A DNA stretch of 64,000 bases from Kofleriaceae bacterium (GTDB lineage Bacteria; Myxococcota_A; Polyangia; Haliangiales; Haliangiaceae): NCBI GenBank assembly GCA_965215005.1, contig CBDCCZ010000049.1, forward strand, positions 64,001 to 128,000, written 5' to 3'. Position 1 is the stretch's first letter; the number at the start of each line of letters is the position of its first letter. The position numbers and the translations under genes are program-made. Below the pieces are notes generated by a model that saw only the letters and a program-made list of their open reading frames with translations, was not told the DNA's origin and did not search any database. Positions 54,279 through 64,000 of the stretch are shown here, in pieces.

Positions 54279-54361
54279 TATCGATTCCGTCGCTTCGCGC
54301 CGCTGCCCGCGCAGCGGTTCGGGCAGGAGCGCCCGTGGCTGCGCCACTCTGGACGAGTCTC

Positions 54362-55980
54362 CTAGACCGAACGCATGCCGGGCGCTTCCCGACCGGTGGA
54401 GGCCACGTATTCTTCATAACCGCCGGGATAGGCGTGGGGACCGCCGGAGCCGAGCTCGAGCACATGCGTGGCCAACGCGCGCAGAAACTGCCGATCGTGG
54501 GAGACGAACACCAGCGTTCCCTCGTAGGCCGCGAGCGCACGCACGAGCGAGCGCTTGGTGGCGATGTCGAGGTGATTGGTAGGCTCATCGAGGATCAGTA
54601 AGTTGGGCGCGTCGTAGAGGAGCTTGGCTAGCGCAACCCGCGCCTTCTCGCCGCCGGAGAGGATGCGAATCGGCTTGAAGACGTCATCGTCGTGGAAGCC
54701 GAAGGCGCCGGCCAAGTTGCGCAGGGTCCCCTGCCCTGCCCGCGGTGCATGGGCAGCCAGCTCTTCGAGCACGTCTCGCGCGCCATCGAGCCCATCCATC
54801 AAGTGTTGCGCGTAGTAGCCCATGGTCACCGCCGCGCCAATTTCTGCGCGGCCTTCGTCGGGCGCTAGCACCCCCGCCATCATCTTGAGCAGCGTGGATT
54901 TGCCGGCGCCATTCTCGCCCATGACCGCCCAGCGCTCGCGGCGCCGCACCACCAAGCTGAGGTCGTCGTGGACCACCCGTTCACCGTACTTCTTACGCAG
55001 GTGCTCGACCTTGAGGACATCATCGCCCGAGCGCGGCGGCGCGCGGAACTCGAAATCCTGCTCGACGAGACGTCGCGGCGCCGCCACCTTGTCGATCTTG
55101 TCGAGCTTCTTGACCCGACTCTGCACCTGCGCCGCCTTTGCCGCATGCGCCTTGAACCGCTCGATGAATCGGCTCTCTTTGGCCAGCATCGCCTGCTGGC
55201 GCGCATACGCGGCCTCTCTACGGGCCGCTTCGAGAGCGCGTGCCTGCTCATAGAAGTCATAGTTGCCCGCGTAGCTGCGGACCTCGCCGCCATCGATCTC
55301 GACGATTTTTTCGGCAACCCGATTCATGATTGCGCGGTCGTGACAGGTCATGACGACCGCACCGGAGTAGTCGCGAAGAAACTGCTCGAGCCACAAGATC
55401 GACTCGAGATCGAGGTAGTTGGTGGGCTCGTCGAGGAGGAGAATCTCGGGGCGCGATAAGAGGATTTGCGCCAACGCCACACGCATCTTCCAGCCCCCCG
55501 AGAGGGTCGCAACGTCATCCTCGAAGCGTTCTTGATCAAAGCCAAGGCCGGCAAGAATGGCCTCTGCGCGCGCCTCTAACTCGTAGCCTCCCAAGGCCTG
55601 AAAGCGCGCTTGAATTTCGCCGTAGCGCTCGACCAGCACCTCGAGATCCTCAGGCGCTTGCGCCATGCGCGCTTCGAGCTCTGCCATTTCGCCACCGAGC
55701 TCGGCGGTGAGCCCGGCGCCAGCGACGGTTTCCGCGCGAATGCTGCGCCCCCCGAGCTCGCCGACCTCTTGCCGGAAGAAGCCGACGCTGAGGCTCTTGG
55801 GCTGCTCGATAGCGCCTTCGTCAACCTGATCTTCGCCGACGATGAGGCGGAAGATGGTGCTCTTTCCGGCGCCGTTGGACCTACCAGACCGATCTTCTCG
55901 CCCGAGTTGATCTGAAAGGAGGCATCGACGAACAGGAGCTGACCGCCGTACTGCTTGGTCACTGAGGTAAAGGAAATCAT
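54362..55980 (-). pseudogene. ABC-F family ATPase split by a 1-nt frameshift at ~55877 (pseudogene or sequencing error)
   Basis: The N-terminus MISFTSVTKQY...KIGLVG (55980) joins the 54362..55687 frame if one base is added in GGT-CC(n)-AAC-GGC-GCC-GGA-AAG-AGC (GPNGAGKS). Two ABC domains with LSGG and LDEPTN motifs; no TM segments. Confidence 0.85.
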
Positions 55981-56057
55981 GCGCTCACCGAGCTCGGCAC
56001 TCTAGCAGGCACCGCCTGCGAGAGCGAAACGTCGCGGCGGCGTGGTAGCAGGAGACG

Positions 56058-57905
56058 ATGGAGTATGTTGCGGCGGACGAAACGGCACGAGACGTACTGC
56101 GGCAGGTCTTTGGCTATGACGCATTTCGCGCCGGCCAGGACGAAGCGACCTCTGCGCTGCTAGCGGGCCGCGACGTGCGTGTGCTGCTTCCCACCGGCGC
56201 GGGAAAGTCGCTCTGTTATCAAGTTCCGGCGCTGGTGGCCAATCGCGCTGGCCGCGGCACCACGGTGGTGGTGTCGCCGCTCATCGCCCTCATGGATGAC
56301 CAGGTCAGCGCGTTGCGCGGCCGCGACATCCGCGCGGCGGCGCTGCACAGTGCCCAAGATGAGCTCGAGCAGATGCAGGCGCTGGCCCAGCTTCGACGCG
56401 GCGATTTGGCGCTGGTCTACGTCTCCCCCGAGCGGGCGCTGTTGCCGAGCTTTCGCAAGCTCCTAGGCACCGTTGCCGTCGCGCACATCGCCATCGATGA
56501 AGCGCACTGCGTGAGCCAATGGGGGCACGACTTTCGCCCCGAGTACTTGCGGCTCGGCGAGCTTCGGGAGGTCGTCCGCGCCCCGATGATCGCGCTTACC
56601 GCCACCGCGACGCCGGCGGTGATGACTGAGATCAGCGATCGACTCGAGCTGCGTGACCCGGTCACCGTGCGCGGCGACTTTCGCCGGCCCAACCTGCGCT
56701 TCGCAGTGAAGCACGAGCGCGCCGACGCCGCACGACTGGCGCACACGATTGCGGCGCTCGAAGACGCCGGATTTCGCGCGGCCAAGCCGAGCGGACGCGC
56801 CATCATCTATTGCAGCACGCGCAAGAAGACCGAATCGGTGGCTAAAGGGCTCAAGAGCGCGGGCTTGGCCGCCGGCTACTATCACGCCGGCCGCACGCAG
56901 CTGGCGCGACAGCGTGCACAGCGCGCGTTCGAGGTGGGCCGCACGCGGATCCTCGTTGCCACCAATGCCTTCGGCATGGGCATCGATCAGCCCGACGTGC
57001 GCGTGTTGGTGCACTTTGGGGCGCCGGGCAGCCTGGCTGCGTACTACCAAGAAGCCGGTCGCGCCGGCCGTGATGGGCTGCCGGCGCAGTGCCTGCTGTT
57101 CTTCGGGCCGGGCGACATGGCCACCCAACGGCGCCTGCAAAGCGGCTCGAGCCTGGCCGCGGAGCAACGCGGAGCCGAGGCGTTGGCCGCGGTCGAAGCC
57201 TACGCAGCCACAGTGACTTGCCGGCAAGCGATGCTGTGCAGCTACTTTAACGATGCCGACGATGGCTTCCGCTGCGGCTCGTGCGACGTCTGCACCGATA
57301 GCGACGAGGTCCGCGAGGCGCTGCCGCTTCGGCACGAGGCCGCGCCGGTCGAGCCGTTGCCGCCAGAAGCGCGCCAATGCATCGTCGCCGCGGCCGGCAA
57401 CCTGCGCAAACCGGTGGGCAAGACCAACTTAGCGCGGGCCCTGCGCGGCTCGCGCGCCAAAGCGTTGAAGCGGGTTGCGCTGCTCGAGTTGCCCGAGCAC
57501 GGCGCGCTCCGCGGGCACGATGAGCGCGCCATCGTCGCGGCGATCGAAGCACTCCTGGAAGAAGGCGTGCTCGAGCCGCGCGGAAAAAAGTATCCCACGG
57601 TGTGGCTCGCCGGCCGCGCGGTGCGAGCGCCCCGTGAAGTGACGAGCGAAACCAGACGGCGAGCGCCAAAGCCGCGCCACAGCGATTTGGCCCGGGCGCT
57701 GGATACCTACCGCCGACGCACCGCGCGCAGCTTGTCCTGGAAGCCGTACATGGTGTTTCAGCGGCGCGTCATCTTGGGCATCGATCGACAGCGGCCCACC
57801 ACGATGAGAGAGCTCGAGCGCATCATCGGCTTGGGCCCGATCAAAATCGACCGCTTCGGGGCCGATATCCTTGAGCTGGTGCGCCGCCACCAGGAGCGAT
57901 CGTAG
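56058..57905 (+). CDS. recQ: RecQ-family DNA helicase with RQC and HRDC-like domains
   Basis: PTGAGKSLCYQ, DEAHCVSQWGHDFRPEY, TATAT and QEAGRAGRDG motifs; Zn-binding CR...CGSCDVC. Confidence 0.93.
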   Translation: MEYVAADETARDVLRQVFGYDAFRAGQDEATSALLAGRDVRVLLPTGAGKSLCYQVPALVANRAGRGTTVVVSPLIALMDDQVSALRGRDIRAAALHSAQDELEQMQALAQLRRGDLALVYVSPERALLPSFRKLLGTVAVAHIAIDEAHCVSQWGHDFRPEYLRLGELREVVRAPMIALTATATPAVMTEISDRLELRDPVTVRGDFRRPNLRFAVKHERADAARLAHTIAALEDAGFRAAKPSGRAIIYCSTRKKTESVAKGLKSAGLAAGYYHAGRTQLARQRAQRAFEVGRTRILVATNAFGMGIDQPDVRVLVHFGAPGSLAAYYQEAGRAGRDGLPAQCLLFFGPGDMATQRRLQSGSSLAAEQRGAEALAAVEAYAATVTCRQAMLCSYFNDADDGFRCGSCDVCTDSDEVREALPLRHEAAPVEPLPPEARQCIVAAAGNLRKPVGKTNLARALRGSRAKALKRVALLELPEHGALRGHDERAIVAAIEALLEEGVLEPRGKKYPTVWLAGRAVRAPREVTSETRRRAPKPRHSDLARALDTYRRRTARSLSWKPYMVFQRRVILGIDRQRPTTMRELERIIGLGPIKIDRFGADILELVRRHQERS

Positions 57906-57934
57906 AAACGCGCGCCGCCTCTGCCGAGGCTCGG

Positions 57935-59056
57935 GTGGCGACGTATCATCCGCAGGTGGAAACCACTCTTGCCAGCGCCATCGACCTTCGCCGCCTCGCC
58001 GAGCTCCAGGGCCCCGAGCGCGCGTTCGTGTCGTACTACTTTTCCGGCACCGATAGCCTCGGAACCCTGCGGCAGCGGGAGGCCAACGTGCGGCAGCTAC
58101 TTGCCGAGTCGCCCGCCGAGCTCGAGCATTTCGAGCGCTCGATCGAGCTCATTCACGCCTGGCTGGAAACAGCGAGCCCGAAGGGCTCCGGCTGCGTTCT
58201 GGCCTGCTGGGCCCTCGACTTTTGCGAGGGCTATCAACTCACCCTGCCGCTGCCAGACTATCTCTACGCCGGCGACGCGCCTTACATTCGCCCGCTCGCC
58301 CTCCTGCAGGACGAGTACGAGTCGTTTGCGCTGGTGGTGGCCGACAACACCGACACCCGCATCTACTTAGTTACGTCTGGAGACGCCGAGCGAATCGCCC
58401 GCGTCAAAGGCGACATCAAGAATCACGTCAAGAAAGGCGGCTGGTCGCAAAAGCGCTATCAGAAGCGCCGCGCCAACCAGCTGATGCACTACGCCAAGGA
58501 CGTGGGCGCGGCCTTGGCCGCGCTCGCCGAAACCGAGACGTTCGATCGCATCGTCTTCGTCGGCTCCATGGAGGCCATCAACGAAATCGAGCGCGAGCTG
58601 CCGGCCGCTGTCGCCGACAAATCCATGCGCAAGAAGGGCATCGATCTGCACGAAGGCGACGATCACACCCTTGCCGAGGCCTTCGAGCTGTTCATCGAGC
58701 AAGAACGCGCCGCTGAAAAAGCGCTGTGGGGACGCATTCGCGAGGAATTTCTCAGTGGCGGTCTCGCCGCCGTTGGCGCGACCAATGTGCTCAAGTCCGC
58801 TCTCACCGGCCGCGTGGAAGCCATCGCGGTCACGCAAGGCGCCGTCATTCGCGGGGTCAAGTGTCGGGACTGCGAGAACATCGTCCATGGAACCCCGCAA
58901 ACCTGCCAGATCTGCGGCTCCCGCTCGGTGTTTCGACTCGACCTGATCGATGAGCTTGCCCGCCTCGCCGAGCTCACCAGCGCTTCGATCGACTTCGTCG
59001 AGCCCATCGACGGGCTCAGCCAAGCAGGCGACGTTGCGGCGTTGCTCCGTTACTGA
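57935..59056 (+). CDS. Bacterial archaeo-eukaryotic release factor (eRF1-like, baeRF) protein with C-terminal Zn ribbon
   Basis: PYIRPL, KNHVKKGGWSQKRYQ, IVFVGS, CRDC...CQIC, C-terminal GDVAALLRY. Confidence 0.8.
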   Translation: MATYHPQVETTLASAIDLRRLAELQGPERAFVSYYFSGTDSLGTLRQREANVRQLLAESPAELEHFERSIELIHAWLETASPKGSGCVLACWALDFCEGYQLTLPLPDYLYAGDAPYIRPLALLQDEYESFALVVADNTDTRIYLVTSGDAERIARVKGDIKNHVKKGGWSQKRYQKRRANQLMHYAKDVGAALAALAETETFDRIVFVGSMEAINEIERELPAAVADKSMRKKGIDLHEGDDHTLAEAFELFIEQERAAEKALWGRIREEFLSGGLAAVGATNVLKSALTGRVEAIAVTQGAVIRGVKCRDCENIVHGTPQTCQICGSRSVFRLDLIDELARLAELTSASIDFVEPIDGLSQAGDVAALLRY

Positions 59057-59096
59057 TCGCGCCCTCTCGTGCGTTCAGAGGGCCCGAAACGGCCAA

Positions 59097-59128
59097 AGGC
59101 CGCTCGCGTTCCCCTTCGCGAGCGGCCT
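59097..59128. terminator. Hairpin between convergent genes
   Basis: 12-bp perfect stem AGGCCGCTCGCG-TTCCCCTT-CGCGAGCGGCCT. Confidence 0.65.
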
Positions 59129-59151
59129 CTGGGAGAAAGACGGAAAGGTAG

Positions 59152-60309
59152 CTACTGCGGCTCGTTCCAGCTGGCGGTCAAGGTGTAGCTGGCGGCGGTG
59201 TAGCCGTACACCATGATGTGGGCCTGGGTGGCGTTGGCGGGCGCATCGAGCGAGCAGAGCTCGTTAGAGCCGTTCAGGTACGGCCGGCAGTCGAAGCGAG
59301 TCAGGGTCGGCTGTGAGTCGAAGCGGACGTAAAGATCGGCGTCGCCGCTGCCGCTGATGTTGGCTTCGAACCGGGTGCCACCGGCAATGGTGAGGGGCTG
59401 GTAGCGCCTGGCCTGGCCGCGGGCCACGGTGCCGTCCACGGTACCGCTGCGCGGGGTCACGACGCCGCCACCGTCATCACCGCCACCGCCACCGTCATCA
59501 CCGCCGCCGCCGCCGGGCGAGCCGTACAGCGAAGAGGCGCCTTGGGCGTCGAGGGAGGAGATGGTTAGCGACTGCGTGGTGCCGCCGCACTGCGGGTAGT
59601 GCATGACCGAGGTGCTGTCGTAGGGCGTGAGCGGACGCCAGTTGTTGTCCTCAAAGCACTGCGCCGCTTCAGGACGCGTGTGCTCATGGCGGAAGCCCAG
59701 CACGTGGCCAAGCTCATGAGCGATGATGCCGCTCAGGGGCCAAGAGGTGCTGAACGCGCTGGTATCTACGATGACGTTGCGTGAGCCGCGGCCTTGCCCA
59801 GGGAAGAATGCGCGAGCCAGATAGCCCGCTCCGCTGGTGGGGCGGATGTCGAACAGGACGTTGTTGTTGCTCGCCGTGCAGTTGGCGTCCTGCGAAGAGT
59901 CGTAGACGAAGTCGACGTCTGCGATCTGCTCCCAGCCACCTTCCGTGGCCACTTCCATGGCCTGGACGAGAGCCGCTTTGCGGCTGCCAAACGAGTTACT
60001 GACGCAGTAGGTGAGGTTGCGCTTTTGGGTGCTGTTCCACTTGGCGTCTTGGCCACCGGAGGTGTGCACGATGAGCGCACCATCGGGGGCGTAGAGCTCG
60101 TTGTAGAACTCTTCGAGCTGCTTGACGTTGATGGCGATGTCACCGTTGACGATGTACATGCCGCCTTCCCAGGGCTCGAGATAGCTGGCTGCTTTGAACT
60201 CTTCGAACGTGGGTACGTCACCGTCGACATTGCTATCGACGTTGTCTACCTCGCCGACGCAGCCGGCGAAGGCAATGGCACTCGCAAAAATCCAGGCACG
60301 TTGCTTCAC
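59152..60309 (-). CDS. M57/matrixin-like metalloprotease lipoprotein with C-terminal PPC domain (start probably GTG at 60309)
   Basis: Lipobox FAG-C, HELGHVLGFRHEH, Met-turn SVMHY, PPC motif GSGDADLYVRF...CRPY; GGAGG ribosome-binding site. Confidence 0.88.
   Translation of the reverse strand: MKQRAWIFASAIAFAGCVGEVDNVDSNVDGDVPTFEEFKAASYLEPWEGGMYIVNGDIAINVKQLEEFYNELYAPDGALIVHTSGGQDAKWNSTQKRNLTYCVSNSFGSRKAALVQAMEVATEGGWEQIADVDFVYDSSQDANCTASNNNVLFDIRPTSGAGYLARAFFPGQGRGSRNVIVDTSAFSTSWPLSGIIAHELGHVLGFRHEHTRPEAAQCFEDNNWRPLTPYDSTSVMHYPQCGGTTQSLTISSLDAQGASSLYGSPGGGGGDDGGGGGDDGGGVVTPRSGTVDGTVARGQARRYQPLTIAGGTRFEANISGSGDADLYVRFDSQPTLTRFDCRPYLNGSNELCSLDAPANATQAHIMVYGYTAASYTLTASWNEPQ
59465..59506. repeat. 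21-bp coding tandem repeat (GGGGGDD linker)
   Basis: CCGCCACCGTCATCACCGCC(A/G), two copies. Confidence 0.8.
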
Positions 60310-60939
60310 AGATATCCCTCCCATCGGGTTGTGAGCGAGTCCTTTTACAGGACTGATGCCAGGCTGGCCGCGCGCTCGTCTGCGAGACGTCACTAACAGG
60401 TCACCGCGGCGCGACGACAGCTCGGCGGAGAGGCCGTGGAGCAACAAAGTTCAGGACTGGCGCGGCTTCCGGAGCTGGTCGGCGGGCACTCCCCCCCACC
60501 GCAGCTCACGCGCACCCTCAATGTATTCTGTGAGGAGACAAGAAACTTTACTTGCAATACAGCTAACAGAGAACATTGCCACCGATGCTCTCGGTTAGCA
60601 GCGGCAGGTGGGTTTACTGTCCCTTTCTGCCCCATTTACGGTGCAATCGTTCGTTTGCAGCCAAACTGATATTTTTAGATGTAGTTGCCGACACCAAACA
60701 GATGCCGCCATATATCGAAATCGTGTCGAAGAGCGCTATTTTTTTCGTCGATGATAATGACATGACGCACCTCCAGCCGACGGCGGAATTCTCCTGCAGC
60801 CGGACTAAGACGCAGCGACTGCGGAGGTCCGACCCGCGCACCGGAACGGATTCGGAAACCGCCCCCTAGCTCCGTTCGCGCATACATCGCGCGAGCCATG
60901 GATCATTTGGGCGTGACGACAAGTCCGTCGCGCACCCGC

Positions 60940-60979
60940 GATTCGCCGCCCTCGGTCCTGATTCGCCGCCCTCGGTCCT
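60940..60979. repeat. Perfect 20-bp tandem duplication
   Basis: GATTCGCCGCCCTCGGTCCT, two copies. Confidence 0.9.
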
Positions 60980-60996
60980 TAGCACGACGCGCCGAC

Positions 60997-61036
60997 GAGC
61001 ACCCGCGGCGCTCGTTGAGCACCCGCGGCGCTCGTC
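60997..61036. repeat. Second 20-bp tandem duplication (19/20 identical)
   Basis: GAGCACCCGCGGCGCTCGT(T/C), two copies. Confidence 0.88.
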
Positions 61037-61065
61037 GTCGTACTTACTCACCTGCAGCAGGGCCG

Positions 61066-62067
61066 CTAGCGCCAGAGGCGCCAGGCCCGAGTCGCTGCGA
61101 GGATCCCCAACAGCAGCAAGCCTAGCTGCAGCGGATGGGTGCTCGCGCGCGTGTACGCGCTGTGCCGAAGCACGACCGGCGCGCGCCCGCCTTCCTCGAA
61201 ACCGTCGTCGCTAAATTCATCGAGGCTGTCATGGCGGCGGCGCGGCGCGATGGCCTCGCCTTGCTGAGCCTGGAACATCGTCCGCTCGAGGATTTTGTCC
61301 ATCAAGCGCGGAATCAAGCGTCCGCCAAGGGAGAGAGCTTTCGCCGCGCCGCCTACGAACACGTGGCGCGTAGGGCGCAGCGCGCAGTGCAACACCGCAT
61401 CGGCGACTACCGAGGGCGCATAGTGCGGAGGCGGATTGCGGGGCGCAAAGCCGGTATAGCTGCGCGCATGCTCGGTATAGAGCGTGGCGACTGCGGCGGG
61501 CTTGATCAGGCTCACGCTGATGGGAACTCTATCGTGCTCGAGCTCCATGCGAAGTGCGTCGGTGTAGCCCTGCACGGCATGTTTCGAGGCGCTGTACATT
61601 CCCTGGAGCGGAACGGCAAGATCGGAGAGCGTGCTCCCGATATTGATCAGCGCGCCGCCGCTGTGTCGCATGTGGGCGATGGCGACCTCACTTCCGTGCA
61701 CCACTCCCCAGAAGTTGGTCTCGAAGAGCCGGCGATGATCTTCGTGGGGTACTTGCGTCAATCGGCCATAAATCGAGACCCCGGCGTTGTTCACCCAGGT
61801 ATCGATGCGGCCAAACGATTCCACCGCGATCCGACCGAGCCGCTCCACGTCTTCGAACTGACCAACATCCGCCGTGACGCCTACAGCGCGCGCTCCTCGG
61901 CGCGTCAAGTCGTCACAGATGCGCGTTATCGCCTCGCCGTTGCGCGCACTCAGAACCACGCAGGCACCAGCATCCGCGGCCTTGCGCGCCGTCGATAAGC
62001 CGATGCCGCTAGAGGCGCCGGTGACGACGACGACCTGCCGATGCAGCGGTTTCAAACGGAGCTTCAT
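61066..62067 (-). CDS. SDR oxidoreductase with C-terminal hydrophobic tail (start ATG at 62067)
   Basis: TGASSGIG, WVNNAG and YSASKHA motifs; AGGA ribosome-binding site. Confidence 0.92.
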   Translation of the reverse strand: MKLRLKPLHRQVVVVTGASSGIGLSTARKAADAGACVVLSARNGEAITRICDDLTRRGARAVGVTADVGQFEDVERLGRIAVESFGRIDTWVNNAGVSIYGRLTQVPHEDHRRLFETNFWGVVHGSEVAIAHMRHSGGALINIGSTLSDLAVPLQGMYSASKHAVQGYTDALRMELEHDRVPISVSLIKPAAVATLYTEHARSYTGFAPRNPPPHYAPSVVADAVLHCALRPTRHVFVGGAAKALSLGGRLIPRLMDKILERTMFQAQQGEAIAPRRRHDSLDEFSDDGFEEGGRAPVVLRHSAYTRASTHPLQLGLLLLGILAATRAWRLWR

Positions 62068-62248
62068 GGTGGGTCCTTCCTGGTGGCGGGGGTTCGTGCG
62101 CCATGATGGTGCACCCGACATGCCAGGGACCGCACAAGTTGAGGTAGATAGAACGAGACCCAGAGCGCCCCCGCACCGCCTTTGCAGCGATGCGAGCGCG
62201 TCTGGGTCGTGGGGCAGGCGGGTCAAACACCCGCTCGTGGGAGACAGC

Positions 62249-64000
62249 TCAGGAGCAACGGCGCCGGCGCAGCGCCAACAGCGCCAGGCCAAGCAACAGC
62301 ACTACGCCGCTGCCACTGGTGCCACTGCCGGTGGTGCACCCGCCTCCGCTATCCGGCGGATCGGTGGGGTCCCCGTCGCCCGGTTCGCCATCCCGAACGC
62401 ACATGCCCTGCTCGCAGTGCAAGCCTTCGCCGCAGTCGCTGTCGGAGGTGCACTGGCCGCCCTCTTCAGGCACGCAGACGCCGGCCTCACATTGCTCGCC
62501 CGTACCGCAGTCGGTGTCGCTCGAGCAGCTGCCGCCGCCACCCACGGTCACGGTGATGGAGTCGGTGGCTTGGTTGGAGCTGTCGTACGCCGTCGCGGTG
62601 ATCTCGTGAGAGCCCGCGCTGAGGCTGGCGTCGGTCGTGAAGACGTAGGGCGCAGTGGACATGGTGCCGGCGAGCTGCCCATCGATGGAGAGCTCGACGC
62701 GCAACACACCCTGATCATCTTGGGCGTCGACGGTGACGTCGAAACCGGGGGCCACGCCCGCGCCATCGGCCGGGGAGGTGATGGTCACGGTCGGTGGCGT
62801 TCCATCCGCGGCCGGTGCGCTGCCAACGCCAACGGCGGCCCAGGCCATTGCCACAGCAGTTGCTTCACCCGGGCTGTAGAGCTCGGCAGCGACCTCTTCC
62901 GTGGCGGTCCGCGCCTGCTCGAAATTACTCGTGGCGGTTAGATAGCCTTGCGTGAGCGCGTGCTGGAAGATCGCCCCCGCCTTTTCGATGCCCATGGCCG
63001 GCACGACAACCGATGACTTGCCTTGCGGATGGGTTCCGCCGGTGACGACCAGCTTGAACGCCAAGTTGACGATACCCGAGTTGAGATGCACGCCGCCGTT
63101 GTCCTCACTACCGGTGTAGCGATCGGCGTAGAAGTCGCGCGAGCCGCCGAGCTCCGGCGGATACAGCGACGCATCCCGCGTGGGATCGTCCATGTAGCGG
63201 AGCGCATCGCCCGCAACGTTCGGGGTGAAGATGTCTTCTCCGATGTGCCAGGTGAGCTCGTTGACGCCGCCGGTTTTCCAGGCGTCGCAGACCGCCGCCA
63301 TGATGTCGGACCAGCCTTCATTAAGTGCACCGGACTCGTTCATGTACGTGAGCTTGGCCGTTGCCGCGGTGACGCCGTGGGTGAGCTCGTGGGCGGTCAC
63401 GTCGAACGAATCGGCCGTGGGGCCCATGAACTGCCCATCGCCATCGCCGTAGAGCATCCAGTTGATCTCGATCAGGTCGCTGCCACCCGCCCAGGCGGCG
63501 TTGTTGGGCGTCGACCCGGAGGGGCCACCGGGGAAGTTTACGTGGACCAGCGATACCAGCTCAGCGCCCATCCCATCGTAGGAGTCGCGGCCGAAGAGCT
63601 CGCTATAGCAATCGTAAGTCGCGCCGGTGTTTTCATAGGCTTTGAGGCCGATGGGATCGCTCGTAGGCGGCATGCCCTCGCTGCCGATCTGCTGCGGAAT
63701 GTAGAAGCCGCCACCGAAGACATTGCCGGCGAAGTCGAAGATGTTGCGCTCGCGCGCCGTATGAACGTGCGGCCGCCGCTCAACGAGCTGCCCGCTCGTC
63801 GCGTCGATGTAGACGTCGTCGATGAGCAAGACGTCTTGACCGGTAACAGCAACCTCCCACGCCAGATGCAGCCGCTGCTCTTTGCTGTCGATGACGTAGA
63901 CCAGCCGCGCGTCGCCGACGTCTACGCGACCGTCCGCGGTGCTGAGGCGAGCAGCATGCACGGCTTCGTCGGCCGTGACCGTAGCCGCGAGCGGCAGCGT
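62249..64000 (-). CDS. M4 (thermolysin-like) metallopeptidase with Ig-like domain, Cys-rich repeats and MYXO-CTERM (5' end lies beyond the window)
   Basis: HELTH, LNEGWSD and DNGGVHLNSG motifs; PPTVTITSP Ig-like domain; two CxSDxDC...C...C repeats; GGGC...LLLGLALLALRRRR C-terminus. Confidence 0.92.
   Translation of the reverse strand, partial: TLPLAATVTADEAVHAARLSTADGRVDVGDARLVYVIDSKEQRLHLAWEVAVTGQDVLLIDDVYIDATSGQLVERRPHVHTARERNIFDFAGNVFGGGFYIPQQIGSEGMPPTSDPIGLKAYENTGATYDCYSELFGRDSYDGMGAELVSLVHVNFPGGPSGSTPNNAAWAGGSDLIEINWMLYGDGDGQFMGPTADSFDVTAHELTHGVTAATAKLTYMNESGALNEGWSDIMAAVCDAWKTGGVNELTWHIGEDIFTPNVAGDALRYMDDPTRDASLYPPELGGSRDFYADRYTGSEDNGGVHLNSGIVNLAFKLVVTGGTHPQGKSSVVVPAMGIEKAGAIFQHALTQGYLTATSNFEQARTATEEVAAELYSPGEATAVAMAWAAVGVGSAPAADGTPPTVTITSPADGAGVAPGFDVTVDAQDDQGVLRVELSIDGQLAGTMSTAPYVFTTDASLSAGSHEITATAYDSSNQATDSITVTVGGGGSCSSDTDCGTGEQCEAGVCVPEEGGQCTSDSDCGEGLHCEQGMCVRDGEPGDGDPTDPPDSGGGCTTGSGTSGSGVVLLLGLALLALRRRRCS

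Noticed and set aside
60940..61036. Possible mini CRISPR array
   Set aside because: The repeats are directly tandem with no spacers, the two units differ from each other, and there are no cas genes.

Overview
GC-rich bacterial DNA, most likely Myxococcota (inferred from MYXO-CTERM-type C-termini and a myxococcal Cys-rich repeat). The first ~21 kb is the core translation/transcription cluster on the - strand: thrU-tyrU-glyT-thrT tRNAs, tuf, tRNA-Trp, secE, nusG, rplKAJL, rpoBC, an orphan ORF, rpsL, rpsG, fusA, a second tuf, rpsJ, rplD and rplW. It has notable departures from the usual layout: rplC is missing between rpsJ and rplD, rpmG is missing after tuf, the str-operon EF-G is divergent, and L23 carries an insertion. 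From 21 to 38.5 kb are amt, a TPR lipoprotein, a fused tandem Ddl-like ATP-grasp protein, a sigma54 two-component pair, a Nudix protein, a DUF4388-like protein, an SDR/cyclase-like/gcvT/gcvH run and two TonB-C proteins. tRNA-Sec (selC) at 38.5 kb is followed by accessory-looking genes: a YhcG/DUF1016 nuclease, a PBP/beta-lactamase-motif lipoprotein with a Cys-rich repeat, three secreted metalloproteases, a Fur-box-like preceded imelysin/di-heme/imelysin/HTTM operon, an ABC-F gene frameshifted in its Walker A motif, RecQ and an eRF1-like protein. I saw no CRISPR array, integrase or transposase. All family calls come from motif recognition by eye, not from database searches.
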